Positions 32,021 to 45,000 of a stretch of DNA of 64,000 nucleotides are shown piece by piece (positions within the stretch are counted from its first letter, which is position 1; the number at the start of each line of letters is the position of its first letter). The stretch covers positions 9,114,001-9,178,000 of the forward strand of contig JBHGNT010000003.1 of NCBI GenBank assembly GCA_043228905.1. Direction: 5' to 3'. The notes under the pieces are model-generated. The model was not told the origin of the DNA. It did no database searches and saw nothing but the letters and a program-made list of their open reading frames with translations. The translations under genes were made by a program, and so were the position numbers. This stretch comes from Azolla caroliniana (lineage: Eukaryota; Plantae; Polypodiophyta).

Positions 32021-32939
32021 TGGCCACTAGCGCCGTTCTTAGTGCAAACAACATGGCTCAAGATGGAGGAGGTGGTTGAGGCATATGTGGCTTGTTCTGT
32101 TCGTGGAAGTAGATTGTTGGATTTGGCGAGATGGTTTGAGGATTTTGGTGGTAATAGGCAGGATAGTTAATGTGGAAAATGTAGCATATTTGTATTCTTG
32201 ATAAGGATGAGTGATGATGGTGTTGGGGGCTGAAGCATATGTTCATTATGGGATGAGGCGAGTAAACTCATTCTATTTTTTTGTCTGTACAGGACTTTGG
32301 TGGTAAACAACGAGATGGTTGATGTGGAAAATGAAGCGAATTAGAGACAAACTGTCAAAAGGTATTGTACTAGGATGTATACATTTGGTAGTAGGCCTTA
32401 TGTATTGCTATCTATATGAGCATGTTGAATGTGGAAAATAGAATATTGTCTCAAGATGCAACTACTTTGTGTACATTGAAAGTGGAAATTAGAAGAGTGG
32501 TTTGGTTTTGCTTGGGGAAGCCATCCTTCTGGGAAAATCTTTTTATTGTGGGGCGGAGATGGATGATGTTAAAGGATGTTGAAGCAGTTCTAGGGAGTGA
32601 CAAGGAGATAGATTATGTTTCATTTACTTTTCAAATTTGGGGAGTGGTTTTCTCATTTTTTTGGGGAGGATGAGTGGAGACAATTGGTAGCACATTATAG
32701 GTGTAGCTAACTATGAACAGGTTGAAGAAGGTCGGTGTTTCACGATGCAACTTCTTTGTGTGGTGACAAAGTAATGGAAGACACTAGATGGCTACCATAT
32801 GACCCTCATCTTGTGTGTTTTACCTATGAGGAAAGAGGGACTTCCGGATTAGGTGGCACTGTAGGAGTGGTTAACAGGCATAGAAACTCGCAATGGAATC
32901 ATGAGTAACAGGCTGCTAGAAGACAATATTGAGCTTGTT

Positions 32940-33330
32940 GAGTTTGATGCTACCCGGTTTGAGGCCCTTCGGGCTTTGTTCCCGAAGATCTGCCTTCATC
33001 CTTTCCGGAGTCGGATTCGCTCAGATCCGACTCAACGTTGTCGGTTTCGTATTTCGGCATCTTCTTCTTCCCCTTCTCTTTGCGCGTGAACCGTCTCCTC
33101 GGTTCCTTGCGCGGGGAGAGCACGACAGAGTCTCCACCACTCGCCGGTTCCTCATCCGACTGGTCATCCCGACTCAGCCCCTCATTCGGTCCACTCAACC
33201 GAAACGATTGCGGACTCACATCTAGAGTCTCGAACCCTTCGTCTTCTGACTAGACCGGTTCAGGCTCACTAGCCTCATCCTCCGGTATCGGGTCGGGGTC
33301 GGAAGTCGGAGCCGGTAAGGCATACCATGA
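32940..33330 (-). mobile_element. Copia internal fragment, same family as 13120-17889
   Basis: LSRDDQSDEEPAS…EPRRRFTRKEKGKKKM.KYET.NVESD matches ORF 15000-15500. Confidence 0.85.
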
Positions 33331-35915
33331 TGTCGTCTTTTAATAAAGGTAGACGTAAATAAAGGTCTTATACGTATTAAATCTATATTTAGAACACTTA
33401 GGATAAGTTAGTACAATGGTAAGGTTGGGGTTTATCTACGTGGAGGTACAGGGTTTGAATCTTGCCCTATGCACGTAATAAATAGTTTCTTCTATTTTAC
33501 AAATTTGTCTCTTCATCCGGCGAGAGACTCTCACCGGCCTTCTTTATCCGGCTCTTGCCGGTTCTTACCGGGTCCTCCTTACCCATCCGCTTCGTCCGTT
33601 CTCACCGACTCTCATCGACCTTCTTCATCTGGCTCTTGCCGGTCTGCTTCGTCCCATCCGAAGGGACCAAAAATGCAATTTTCTCATAGTGTGCGATTTA
33701 CACTACGACACTCGCCCCCTCCAAACCTGCACATCCTCCGGTATGTGCCGAAGTTTCCGATGCTCATTATTCTCCTTCATCCATAACACTCTCTGATTCT
33801 CCCCTTATGTCGACTACGAGTTGAAGTCCACTTTCTTCGCGTTCTGCATCACCACGCTCTTTGTCTGGTTGCTCCTCGTTGTCGGTCTTGTCTAGGGTTA
33901 CATAGGGTTCGTTGTCAGTCCGCTTCTTGAAGATCTTTACCCGTTTCCCCGCTATAGGCACTTGTAGTATCGTTCCATCCGACTCGCATAGTCGGTAAGT
34001 TCCGTTGTCGAAAACTTTCCGAACCTCGTATGGACCGAACCACCTTTTCGCGAACTTCTGTATCGTTGTATGTTGATGATCCAAACTACTGTCTTAGACA
34101 ATCACCCAATCTCCTTCTTCAATTTTCCGTGGTCGTAGTCGGTGCTTTGTATCGAACCGGCTTTTGTTCCGGAATCGCGCTTCTTGTTGTCTGCGTGTTG
34201 CTTCCGCTATGTCATCCGGTCTTCCCTCTAGTTGTCGTATCCGAACCGCTAGTAGTTCTTCCCGGTTCATCTCTTGCTTCCACGGTAGCATTGTCCATGT
34301 CGCGATCGCGGTTTCCGTCAACATTACCGGTGCTTGTTCGGTCATAAGTTCTGTCGTCATATAACCGGTTACGAAGCTATGCGGCGTCCGATCCGCCCAT
34401 AGTGCATACGGGAGCATCTGCGGTCAATCCTTCACCCTTCCGTCGCATGCTTTGGCAAGTGCTTTGACGATCGGTCTATGTCCTCATTTGATTTTCCCGT
34501 TGGCCTCCGGATTGTATGCCATTGTTAGTGTTAACCGAATTCCATGTTTGGTGAAGAATTCCCTAGCTTTATCAGAGTCAAGTTCTCCCCGATCCACAAT
34601 CACTTCTCCTACACACCCGTACCTGCAAAACACCTCCTCCAAAAGAAATTGGCATACCACAAAACACGTTTTCCTTCGTTGCACCCGACCTTCTACTTGG
34701 TTTGTGAGATCTTCCTGAGCTAACACCAAGTACTTCTTTTGTCCGATCCCGGTTGGCATGGCTACAATGTTGACCATCCATTTGAAGTTGATTGTCGGTG
34801 AGAATGTCGGATGTAACTCATCTCGGTGTCAAACTTTGGAGTAGATTTGACACTTCTCATAGCTTCCCGTGAACTCCGCGATATCTTTGTACATGTTCTT
34901 CCACCAATATTTTTGTTTGATTTTCACAAAAGTTGCCCATGTTCCTCGATGTCCAGCCCAATCGGATTTGTGAAACTCGAACATTATCCGGTTTCGTTGC
35001 TCTTTCGTCCTGACTACCCGAAGTGGTATGCCATCCGGTCTTTTCGGCTCCCTCCATATTAATCCATTTTTCAAGAAGAACTTTCGAACTTGCCGCTTCT
35101 TACTTCGGATCTCGACTCTCTTCTCTTTATTGTCCGATGATTCCTCGATTTCTTGTAGCACTTTCCCGATCAACAAGATTTCTCCCTCATATTCTTCTTC
35201 CCGGAATTCTTGGATTACGTTCACCCGGCATATGTGCTCCGAAGCAAAGTAGTCTTCGGAAACTTCTTCATTATCGGATTCGGTTATGTCGTCTCCGAAC
35301 CGCGCCCTTGATAGCATATCCGCTACCGCGTTGTCTTTTCCGGAGATGTGTCATACCTCCGGATTAAGTGACTTAACATATGCAATCCACCTTAGCATAG
35401 CCACATCCGATATCGTGCAACACCGCATCATCCCAAGTATCAGAAGACAATCCGTTTCGATCACTACTTCGGCTCCGATCAAATAATCTTGATCCGATTT
35501 GATTGCCGACATGACTCCCCATAATTCTCTTTTGACTTGTGCATATCCGCGTTGCCTTTCGTTGAGAACCTTTGCTCCGAATTAAATCGGATATCGCAAC
35601 CCATTCGAGTCGGCTTGATTGATAACCCATCAGATCCCGGTTGGACTTGTATCAACCGTTACTATGATCGGTCGTTCATAGCTCGGCTTCTTAAGTGCTT
35701 CAACCCTCCGTAGTGTTTTCTTGAGCTTCTTCATGGCTTTGGTGTGTTCCAGTTTCCATTCGAATTTCTTCCCCTTCCACAATAAGTGATAGAGTGGGTC
35801 CGCAATATGTGCATAGTGCGGAATCCATATGTGATAAAATGCACAAGCTCCAAGAAACCTTCGGACTTCAGATTGTGACGCGCATACTTCTTTCATAGCT
35901 TGAATCGCATCAATC
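33331..35915 (-). mobile_element. 5'-truncated pol-bearing Phygy-like Ty3/gypsy element (RT end, RNase H, integrase, PPT, 3' LTR)
   Basis: 3' LTR 33331-33710 with TGTCG…CGACA ends; PPT GGAGGGGGCGAG at 33711-33722 (-). Pol motifs: FLGACAFYHIWIPHYAHIA, VDTSPTGI, GAKVLNERQRGYAQVKRELWG, MAYNPEANG, LPYALWADRT, RWFGPYEV. Many stops and frameshifts. Confidence 0.88.
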
Positions 35916-35984
35916 TGAGGGATCATCATTTCTATGTTCACATTGTTTGCATTCAAATCTGAAGGTGTTCGAGTCCTAGTGAGC

Positions 35985-36225
35985 GTTCAACTCTATAGAG
36001 CCTTCGACACCTACAAGCCTTCGACTCTAGAGAGCCTTCAACTCCCATGACCTTTCCACTCTAGCAAACTTTCAACTCTTTGGAGCTTATGACTCCCATG
36101 ACCTTTCAACTCTCGAGGCCTTTTGACTCCCACAACCTTTTAACTCTAGCGACCTTTCGACTCCCACAACCTTTTAACTCTAGTGACCTTTCAACTCCCA
36201 TGACCTTTTGACTCTCAGGAGCCAT
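35985..36225 (+). repeat. Degenerate ~17-bp tandem repeat (cctttcaactcccatga-like)
   Basis: About 13 units of (g/a)cctt(t)(c/t)(a/g)actc. Confidence 0.7.
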
Positions 36226-36269
36226 CAAGTTGCCTAAAGTTCATGCTCCCCGAGTCCTTTCGTCCTTGC

Positions 36270-39200
36270 TAGTCCAAGACCCCCATGGTCCCAACCCAAG
36301 GTGGCCCTCCTTTTGGGATTGGGATTGGAACTAGAACTAGAACTAGGTCCCTCAATGAGTCCCAGTTTAGATTGAAATTGTGTCTCAGTTGGGACAAGAC
36401 AGGAACACCACATTCCCTAGTGTTGTGGAACTTGAGTCCCATCAAGCTCAACAAAACTTTCCCAAGATTCCTTATGGTTTGGGTTTGCACTTTGCTTCCT
36501 TCAAGTCGCTCTTGAGCACTTTTCCTTTGTCTTTTCGAGGCATTTTTCCTTTCATCGGTCCATCTTCAATCTTTAGCTTCTCAGTACCCCCACTCAAGAG
36601 GAACCCCCTTCTCGCTTGGGGCATTCCTGCGATAAGTGTGGTCCTCCACACTTGAAGCAACCTCGATGATGTTGGGGTGTTCATTGCTTGTTGCTTACAC
36701 TTGAGGGTTTAGGTGGCGTGTCCCAATCCTTCATCTTTCTTGGCTCTTCATACTTACGTTGGTCGTATGTTCTCGAGCTACACCTCTCCATGGGTTCTTC
36801 TTTGTGTTGGGACACCTCCCAATCACCAACCGGCTCCGCTATTTCGATCTCTTCTTCTAACGTTGCCAACTCCATTTTCACTACTTGTCTCCGCACTAAT
36901 GGGCGTAGTCCATAGAGAAACTATGCAACCTATCAAAATCACTTGGCATATTAATAATTTGAATCATCAATTTCCTATAATGAGAAATATAACTCTTTGA
37001 GTTTTCCCAACTCGAGTTAGATTTCTTCACTCATCAATCAACTTGGGAATAAAGAAGATGGCAAGTGGGAAAGCAGCAAATTCAATCTACCTCTCAAGTG
37101 AGCTTTTAAAATGAACAATGCCACACACTCCTCATTGGATAATGACAATTTTAGAGCAAGCTATAAAACAAGGATTTCCAAATGATTGGCTTATGAATTG
37201 GATTAAACCAATATTTAAAGCCGGAGATAGGAATCAACTATCAAATTGTCATACAATAATGGTGAGCTCAACTATTGCTAAATTATATGGCACTATTATG
37301 GAGCAAAAGATAAGCACATGGGCTGAGAGTACAAGCAAAAGAGCACTTGGGCAAGCCAGATTTAGACCAAAACACTCCACCATGGATCATTTGGTCACAT
37401 TAAGAGTAATCATGGAAGAGAGTCGACTCCAAGGAAAAACACTTTATTGTTGTTTTGTTGATTTCAAGAAAGCTTTTGATACCGTACCACGAAGTGAGCT
37501 TTGGAATAGAATGATAAACATTGACATGCCATTTGCGTACCGAGTTGCGGTTGCACGCCTATATGAACAAGTTAAATGCCAACTAAAAATGGATAGTAGA
37601 TTCTCAAAGCACTTCTTAAGTAACATGGGGGTCAAGCAAGGATGTCCACTATCACCCACACTCTTTGGTTTATGTATTGATAAATTAGAAGAAGTGGTGA
37701 ATAAGGTTGCAAGAGAAGAAGGATTGAATGGCCCCAATTTGATGCAACATGTTATCTTATTGCTTCTATATGTAGATAATGTGGTACTCTTCTAATATGA
37801 TGTTGATAGTATGCAACATTTACTTGGGGTATTAGAAGAATTTTGCCATAGTAGTGGACTAGAAGTGAAAGTGGAGAAAACAAAAATGATGGTAGTGCAA
37901 ACCATCCAACCTCATCATTACCCTATGCTCACATATAAAGGTGAACATATACAATTTGTTCAAAGCTTTAAATATCTTGGTATTGATGTACCCGCCACAA
38001 ATAAATGGAGTGCATGCTTTGATTCTAGACTCCAAGCCGGTTGGAAATCATATTACCTTTTGGAGAACTAATGCAACCAAAGTGATACTTGTGGATGGGA
38101 AGTAAAACTAATGTTGTTCAATGCCATGGTAACTCAAGTATTGCTTTATGGAGTAGAAGTATGGGGTGGCACCATCTCTCTTAATGCATGGGAACGAGAT
38201 TGAGAAAATTCAAAAGATGTTTTTAAAGAGGCAATTAGGAGTTAAAGGCACTACCTCTTACCAAGTTATGCTCTTCGAAACGGGTGTTCGACCCATAGAA
38301 CTATTGGCACTCCAAAGAGTATATAAATACATTACAAAAGTCAAGAATATGCCGAATCATCGATTACCACACATCTTGCTTGGAATGTTGGATGTAAACT
38401 ACAAAAGAATCATAAAAGTAAGATTCTCTCATCTGGTTGGGTTGTTGACATAAGGAAATGGTTTAGAAGATGGGTTGTGGATGATCTTTTAGAGCTTGCG
38501 AGCAATGCTATGCATTATGTAATGACTGAGGAAAGGTTGGTGGAATCATTAAGGATGACGTGGGAGGATGCTAAGAGGACAAAGCTAGAATACTACATTG
38601 CAAATGTCAACCCTAAATGTTGGTCTCAATATAAAGCAAGAATGTCTATTGATCCTATCCAACCTTATCTCATTACCAATATGAGTAGTAATGCTCGTAG
38701 AGCCCTTAAACTACTTCACACTCGATCTCACAAGTTAGGTATTGAAGTTGCATCATGGTATCAAAATGTAACGAATTTGAAGACATGTAAAGTATGCAAT
38801 GAAGGCATGGTAGAGGATGATTGTCACTTGCTCGACATATAGTGCAATTCGTTCAAGATATGCTGACATACTAAGAGGGAGTGATAACTTAAGTGCCATA
38901 CTTAAGACACCACCTAGAAGGTTGAGCTCATATGTGTATGCTTTACTAACACATAGAGACTTTGTGCTTCAACGTATGAATACCCCTTCTTAGGAAGGAG
39001 ACATATATCAAGAACACATGTATACTCTGGTCCCATAGGTCAAAATTGGCCTCTTTATGGACGATAAATATTCTAATTCTAACTTAAAAGTTTCATTCCA
39101 TGGAATGAAACACTCCCTTATCCTTTGCTTGAAATCCTCCCAATTTTCGAAGGGTTCCTCCACTCCACCAATAAGTACCAATTGTAGGCATCACTCTTGA

Positions 39201-40040
39201 GGTTCTTTATCCACTCACTACCTTCACCCATGCTCTTGGTTTCACATGAATTTGCTCCCTCGTCTAGCACCATGGACTCCCTCGTCCTGACATACTCCTA
39301 TAAGGGTACTGGCTTGTAGCTTCCATAGTCTTCTTCTCCTCAACCCTTTCTCTTTGGCTCCTCCTTTGTGGGATTTCCTCCTTTGTTTTCTCCATTAGGA
39401 TTTCCTCCTTTGTGGGTTCCCTATTGTTTGTCACTCCTCAATTGCTTCGAATTCCGACTCTGATCTACTCTCCTCCTCTCTTTCTCTTTCCTTTATCACC
39501 TTTTCTTGCCTCGGCATTGTGTCTCGCCCAACTTGCGTTCCTGGTCTAATACCAAGTGTTATGCCCCTATTTTATGAGGGTCTTAAAACGCATACAAAAC
39601 GTGGTTATGACCAAGAATTAGGACAAAAAGAGATGATTTATATTATATGTTCAAAGACATGCTTAAAACATTCACTAATTGGGATAAAATCAAAATTGGA
39701 GTTGGGATGAGCCGAGACAAATTGGGACTCGGCCAATACTAACCGGGACAACTCCCAATAACTGTGTAGAGGGACAAGAGAGAGAACTTCAAGAGTAGAA
39801 TAGGTGGGAGTAGAGTTCAGCGATCAAGAATGACAAAAATGAGGAGGAGATCCTCCTTATATGGGCCAAGAGAGTTGTTGGCGTGGCTAGCCATTGGGAC
39901 TACCCGTTGGGAATGGGTTGTCCCAACCTAGGGTGGCGCCCCTTTAGGGACGAAGATTGGTACTGGGACGGGGCCCCTTGGTGAGTCCTGGTTCAAATTG
40001 GGACTATGTCCAAGTTGGGACAGGACAAGGACACCAAACA
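36270..40040 (-). mobile_element. Degenerate gag-bearing LTR element interrupted by an RTE LINE
   Basis: Probable 5' LTR 39557-40040 (TGTT…AACA) and Met-type PBS TGGTATTAGA at 39545-39554 (-). Gag fragments FENWEDFKQRIRECF (~39110-39150), FLYGLRPLVRRQV…TLEEEIEIA (~36840-36920) and zinc knuckle CFKCGGPHLSQEC (~36620-36660). 36300-36410 resembles 39930-40040. No pol seen. Confidence 0.6.
36921..39082 (+). mobile_element. 5'-truncated RTE-clade LINE (RT pseudogene)
   Basis: KPIFKAGD, FVDFKKAFDTVPR, GVKQGCPLSPTLF, LLYVDN, FKYLG and a C-terminal C..C…EDD.H. Ends in a (TTCTAA)n tail. Confidence 0.9.
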
Positions 40041-40479
40041 TCGGTTTTAAATCCACCAATGTCTCAACAATATTCTAACATAGATGTTTCTCTCTCCCTA
40101 TAAGGTTAGCTACTCGTTTTATGCCTGCACCCAAGCTCCTCGGATCATCACATGTACTTGCCATGTATCAAGTCTTTATTTGAGTTGACTGGATTCTTAG
40201 TATATCCTTAAAACAATTAGAACTTTCCCCTTTCAATAATATATTAAGGTTGTGCATGTAACAATTCAACTTGCATCTAAACATGAGTGGGTTGTGTCCA
40301 AATTGTCCAACCTAGCCCAAGTTCCTTCTAAAGTAAAATTTGGTAGAAATGGAGACTTGACTTCAACTTATACTTCCATTATTCCTTCTTGTTGAGATGT
40401 TAATTCTAAGAAATTTACTATTTCTATGATTATTTCTAAGAGGTTTACCATTTCTATGATTATTTCCATAGTTCTCTTA

Positions 40480-40820
40480 GTCTAGAACCATCATTTTAAG
40501 CTCATTCATGCACTCACATTGGGGACATTGTTGTGCCCTTCAACCTCATCAAAGTTCTACGTATGATGATTGTTTTGAGAGCTTTTTAACCTCTTTTTTA
40601 TATTCTATTTGGATGATATTTTGACATATACAAAGACTTTACAGGAGCATGAGCAACATTTCTAGAGTGTTCCTTAAAAACTGTAATAACATAGAGTTTG
40701 TACCAAGCTAGAGATGCGTCAATGTGTGCAAGGCCAATTCTAAGCTCCTTCAATATTGTATCAACCCTTACAATGTCTCAATAAATCCAGATAATATCTA
40801 TATAATTCTTGAATGGTTTA
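40480..40820 (+). mobile_element. Highly degenerate gypsy RT fragment
   Basis: VVPFNL…LDDILTYTKTLQEHEQH…KLEM remnants. Confidence 0.5.
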
Positions 40821-41172
40821 ATTAATTTAACTTAAATACTTTTTTAATCTAATGGCATTTCTGTTTAATTTTTTAATCAATTTGCCTTCAATGGTTTTGT
40901 TTAGGTTTGTAATAAAGTGATTCAATCTGGTCTCTACTTTCCCTTAAAACGATTCAGTCTTACTCATTTCTTTCAACAATTGGTTCCAATGGTTTGGTTG
41001 TTCTTAAGCGGTCTCGTTTGGTTTTTGCTATGTAAATATGGTTTCGGTTTACTTTCAAGGCCTAGAAACCAAACCGAGACCATATCTAATCACTTTTTGG
41101 ACTGGGGTCATAGCCTCGGAATGTAAGAACAAATCAATTTTTACCTGTTCAATGGTACTCATTACAGTTTGA

Positions 41173-41262
41173 TATTTGTGTCTTGGGCATGGAGGAACCA
41201 CACCATCCATCTCAAATTTGGTGGTGAAACTCTACTGCGGCGATGATACTTCAGGGGAGACT
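41173..41262 (+). pseudogene. rrn5: Plastid 5S rRNA-derived fragment (NUPT)
   Basis: gtgtcttgggcatggaggaaccacacca-tccatctcaaatttggtggtgaaactctactgcggcgatgatacttcagggga closely follows chloroplast 5S rRNA as recalled (ggtgtc…ggcgtagaggaaccacaccaatccatcccgaacttggtggt.aaactctactgcgg.gacgatact..agggga). It shows C>T/G>A decay and lacks the 3' end. Confidence 0.8.
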
Positions 41263-41837
41263 CATTCGTATAACAACGCTTGATGACTCTGTTTAACCTC
41301 ATTGATTGTTTAGCTTGCCACCATCCCAAATCGACATGGTCGAAGCTTCACTACCACAATTTCAAAACCTCAAGAAACATGTTGGTTTTGTTTGAAAATA
41401 TTGTAATACAATTTATAATGCACAATGTTTATCACAAACAAATCCACAACCAATAGTCAGACCCATCTCAGCATAGCTTATCCTTGGGATTAGAGATGCT
41501 TGGAGAAATTTCTGTTTCACTGAGTTGATTTCATTCAGTGCAATACAATGCATATGCACACATCTGCATTTCATACAGGTTCTCAAATGTATCTCCAGAT
41601 AGAAACACATTAATACACTCGAAAAGTGTACAAACTAGTAATGTTTTTAAAATAATCAATTGTAGTTTTACAGTAAATTAAACACAAATAAAAATATCCA
41701 CAGATTTGACAGGAAACGGAAGTCAGCCGCAAAATTTAGTATCCTTTACATGATTGTTACATGAATAAAGATAAAGAGTGTTCAAAAGAATATACAATTT
41801 TACATCTATTTCATAGAGGCCTTGAAATGGCATGAAA

Positions 41838-41940
41838 ATTTTGAGCATAAGGCACCATATCTATTTGAGCAGAAGGCACCGTATCTATTTGAGAAGAATG
41901 CACCGTACCTATTTGAGAAGAATGCACCATATCTATACAA
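41838..41940. repeat. 24-bp tandem repeat (~4 copies) just downstream of the kinase stop codon
   Basis: aa(g/t)gcacc(a/g)ta(t/c)ctatttgag(c/a)ag repeated. Confidence 0.8.
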
Positions 41941-42015
41941 GCCACCCTCCTGGTATATTAAGGGAGAGGAGAATTTTTATCACCTTTTCTACAAGACTGA
42001 AACAAAAATGCAACA

Positions 42016-45000
42016 TTATGAAGAAACACCATCTTTTGCGCTTTTCATGAGCAAATCGTAATTGATGGCTGCAAGCTGCGACAGATTCTGCATCCAGCAA
42101 AGGTAAAATGTCATGCATGATAAATGCAAACTCTGAAACATGTGTATATCTGTGTTTTCACGTTCTTCCTTACACTTCCAAGAGGATACCATAGTATAGT
42201 TCTGCATCAATTAGTAAATACACATATGGATTTACCATCTGAATATTCAGACTAGGATGTATGAGGTAACATCTATTATTTTCTTCTCGACAAGTATATA
42301 GCCAGATAGAGAATACTACAAACCCTCTCCATAGAAGAAAAAAAATATGTACTTCAATAGGACACCTCATTACCTTGAAGGAAAAACTGCTAAATGAGTA
42401 ATTTGTCACAGAAGTACTACTGAAGTCAACAAGGTCTGTTGGTACATCCTCCTACAAAATAAATTGCTAAATGTTTACTTCAATATTCAAGATATCACAT
42501 ACAGAGAGGTTTAAGTCCTGTTTATGAATTGGGAAAAAATCCAATTAGCCTGACTTTCTCTTTATTTCCTTAAGTTATCATTATATCCCAATCATTGCTA
42601 AAATAGCAGATATCATTACACAAAGATAGGTTGACCAAGGGTATTTGGGAAAATAAAGAAAAACTTGGGATTACTTCAGAGTTTTCCATTGAAAGCATTA
42701 GAGAGTTTAGTATACCTGTTTATCCAACATATGGCTCCCTGTTTTTCTTCCTGGATCGCTGGAGGAACTCCCACCAACCGAGTTAACAATGCCTTCTGAA
42801 GGTTCCCAATTTTGACGAGAACTGAAGTAGCTTGTGTCATGTGGACTTTCTGGATTTGGAACAAATGCAGCCTGCCAATTTAAGTTTACGAAATTGTAAG
42901 CCACATCATCTCCATAACAAAAATATCACAGCGCAACCAGCATATTCTGGTAGCATTTGTGATCAACAATGGCTATATCCTGTGACGTGGGTAAATAAGT
43001 TTAACATGTACCCACCATTATTTCTCATTCAGAGAAACAATTTTTCAACTGAACCATTTTAGGCTATGAGGTGAAGTGTCATGTCACTCGATCAATATCA
43101 CATGAGACTGTGATAACTCTTCCTTATATTACAGCATTACAGCATTTTCCAAATTACAACTACAAAAGAATACCACATTGCATCAAACATATCTAATCCT
43201 CCAGAGAAACACACCCCATCACCTGTTCCTCCAGAGTCCAGATGGCACGTATTTCAACCCAATAAAGAAAATATTTTGTTGAAGTATCAGTCTCAGAACC
43301 TTATCCATTGATTGATGATACATTATAGCATAAACAGGAGACCGAGCATGGAAAGTTCGGTCATATTTTACTAATAGTTCTACCATTTCAGAATAATTTT
43401 CCAAAGAAGAATGTGCAATGCCAAGTGGCTTTTGAAACCTCTTTTGTGATGCTGTATCCTCTTATATCAAATGGAGGGATGCTCCTTCATAGATATTCTG
43501 TTTTTGGCACTAGTTATGGCGAAGGCAACGATTCAGAAAGAGATTAAGCAAACAAAACCACCCAGCAAATTCTTCTAAGAAAATGGTTCAAAAGATGGGG
43601 TGTGGATGATCTTTTAGAGCTTTCGGGCAATGCTATGCATTATGTAATGATTGAGGAAAGGTTGGTGGAATCATTAAGGATGAAATGGGAAGATGTTAAG
43701 AGGACAAAGCTAGAATACTACATTGCAAATGTCAACTCTGAATGTTGGTCTCAATATAACACCAGAATGCCTATTGATCCTATCCAACCTTATCTCATTA
43801 CCAATATAAGTAGTAATGCCCATAGAGCCCTCACACTACTTCGCACTCGATCTCACAAGTTAGGTATTGAAGTTGCATCCTGGTATCAAAATGTAACAAA
43901 TTTCAGGGCATGTAAAGTATGCCATGAAGGCATGGTAGAGGATGAATGTCACTTGCTCTTCACATGCTCGGCATATAGTGCAATTCATTCAAGATATGAT
44001 GACATATTAAGAGGGAGTGATAACTTAAGTGCCATACTCAAGACACCACCTAGAAGGTTGAGCTCATATGTGTATGCCTTATTCACGCATAAAGACTGTG
44101 TGCTTCAAGGTATGAATACCCCTTTTTCAGGAGGAGACACATATCAAGAACACATGTATACTCTGGTCCCATGGTCAAATTTGGCCTCTTTATGGACAAT
44201 AAAATTTCTACTTCTAATTCTAATTCTTGGAATCAACAAAAATGTCGAACACAGCAGGTAAGCAAGCGAATTAGCTGTGTGCATCTAAAGCACAGTTAAG
44301 AACTCACTTAGTATATCTGTCCATTTCAGCTCTGTGAAAACATGATTGTTATAATAATACAAGTGCATGTGGTTGCATTTCTATACACCAAGGCAGAGCC
44401 AAACATAAAGCTCAATGTGTATTAAATGCAAACCAAATGATAATAAATTTTGAAATGTAATATACAATCAAACGCATATTTGAAAGTTCAGCAAGACATT
44501 TATAGTTGATATCTTGAATCAATATTGACATGAAAAACTTACAAAGTTAGTCTTCCGTAGACATTATGGAGGTTAAACTTGGCAGAAACTAATCACATTT
44601 TAGATTATAAAGAATTGAAGTATATAAGTTCCATAAACAGACTGAATCCAACACATTACCTTTTGTCTAGCTAATGTGCTCCAATTCACACCCCTGAAAA
44701 ATGGATGTCCTTTGACCTGCCCAAAAAAAGGAAATGAAGAGTTATGAAAAGTCAGTTCTATTGACACAAGATCTTTCAGCATTCAAAAACTGGAAGATCA
44801 AATGAAGAAGTGCTTAGCACCTCTATAGAAAGAAAGAAAGATATATTAATGTCTTTTAAAAGGCCAAAATGGCCTATAAGACCAAACAGGAGATTACATC
44901 TTAAGTGTTGTTAGTCTTTGAGAACAACAAATCAAAATAAAATAAATATTACTCAGTAAATATAAAAATAAATAAGATAAAAAGAGACTAAAGAATCTGG

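Noticed and set aside
40920-41090. hAT-like subterminal motifs (ggtttcggtt, aaaccgagacc)
   Set aside because: No TIRs or TSD could be defined.
41173-41262. Functional 5S rRNA gene or Cassandra LTR
   Set aside because: Plastid-type rather than cytosolic sequence, 3'-truncated and mutated, with no paired LTR.
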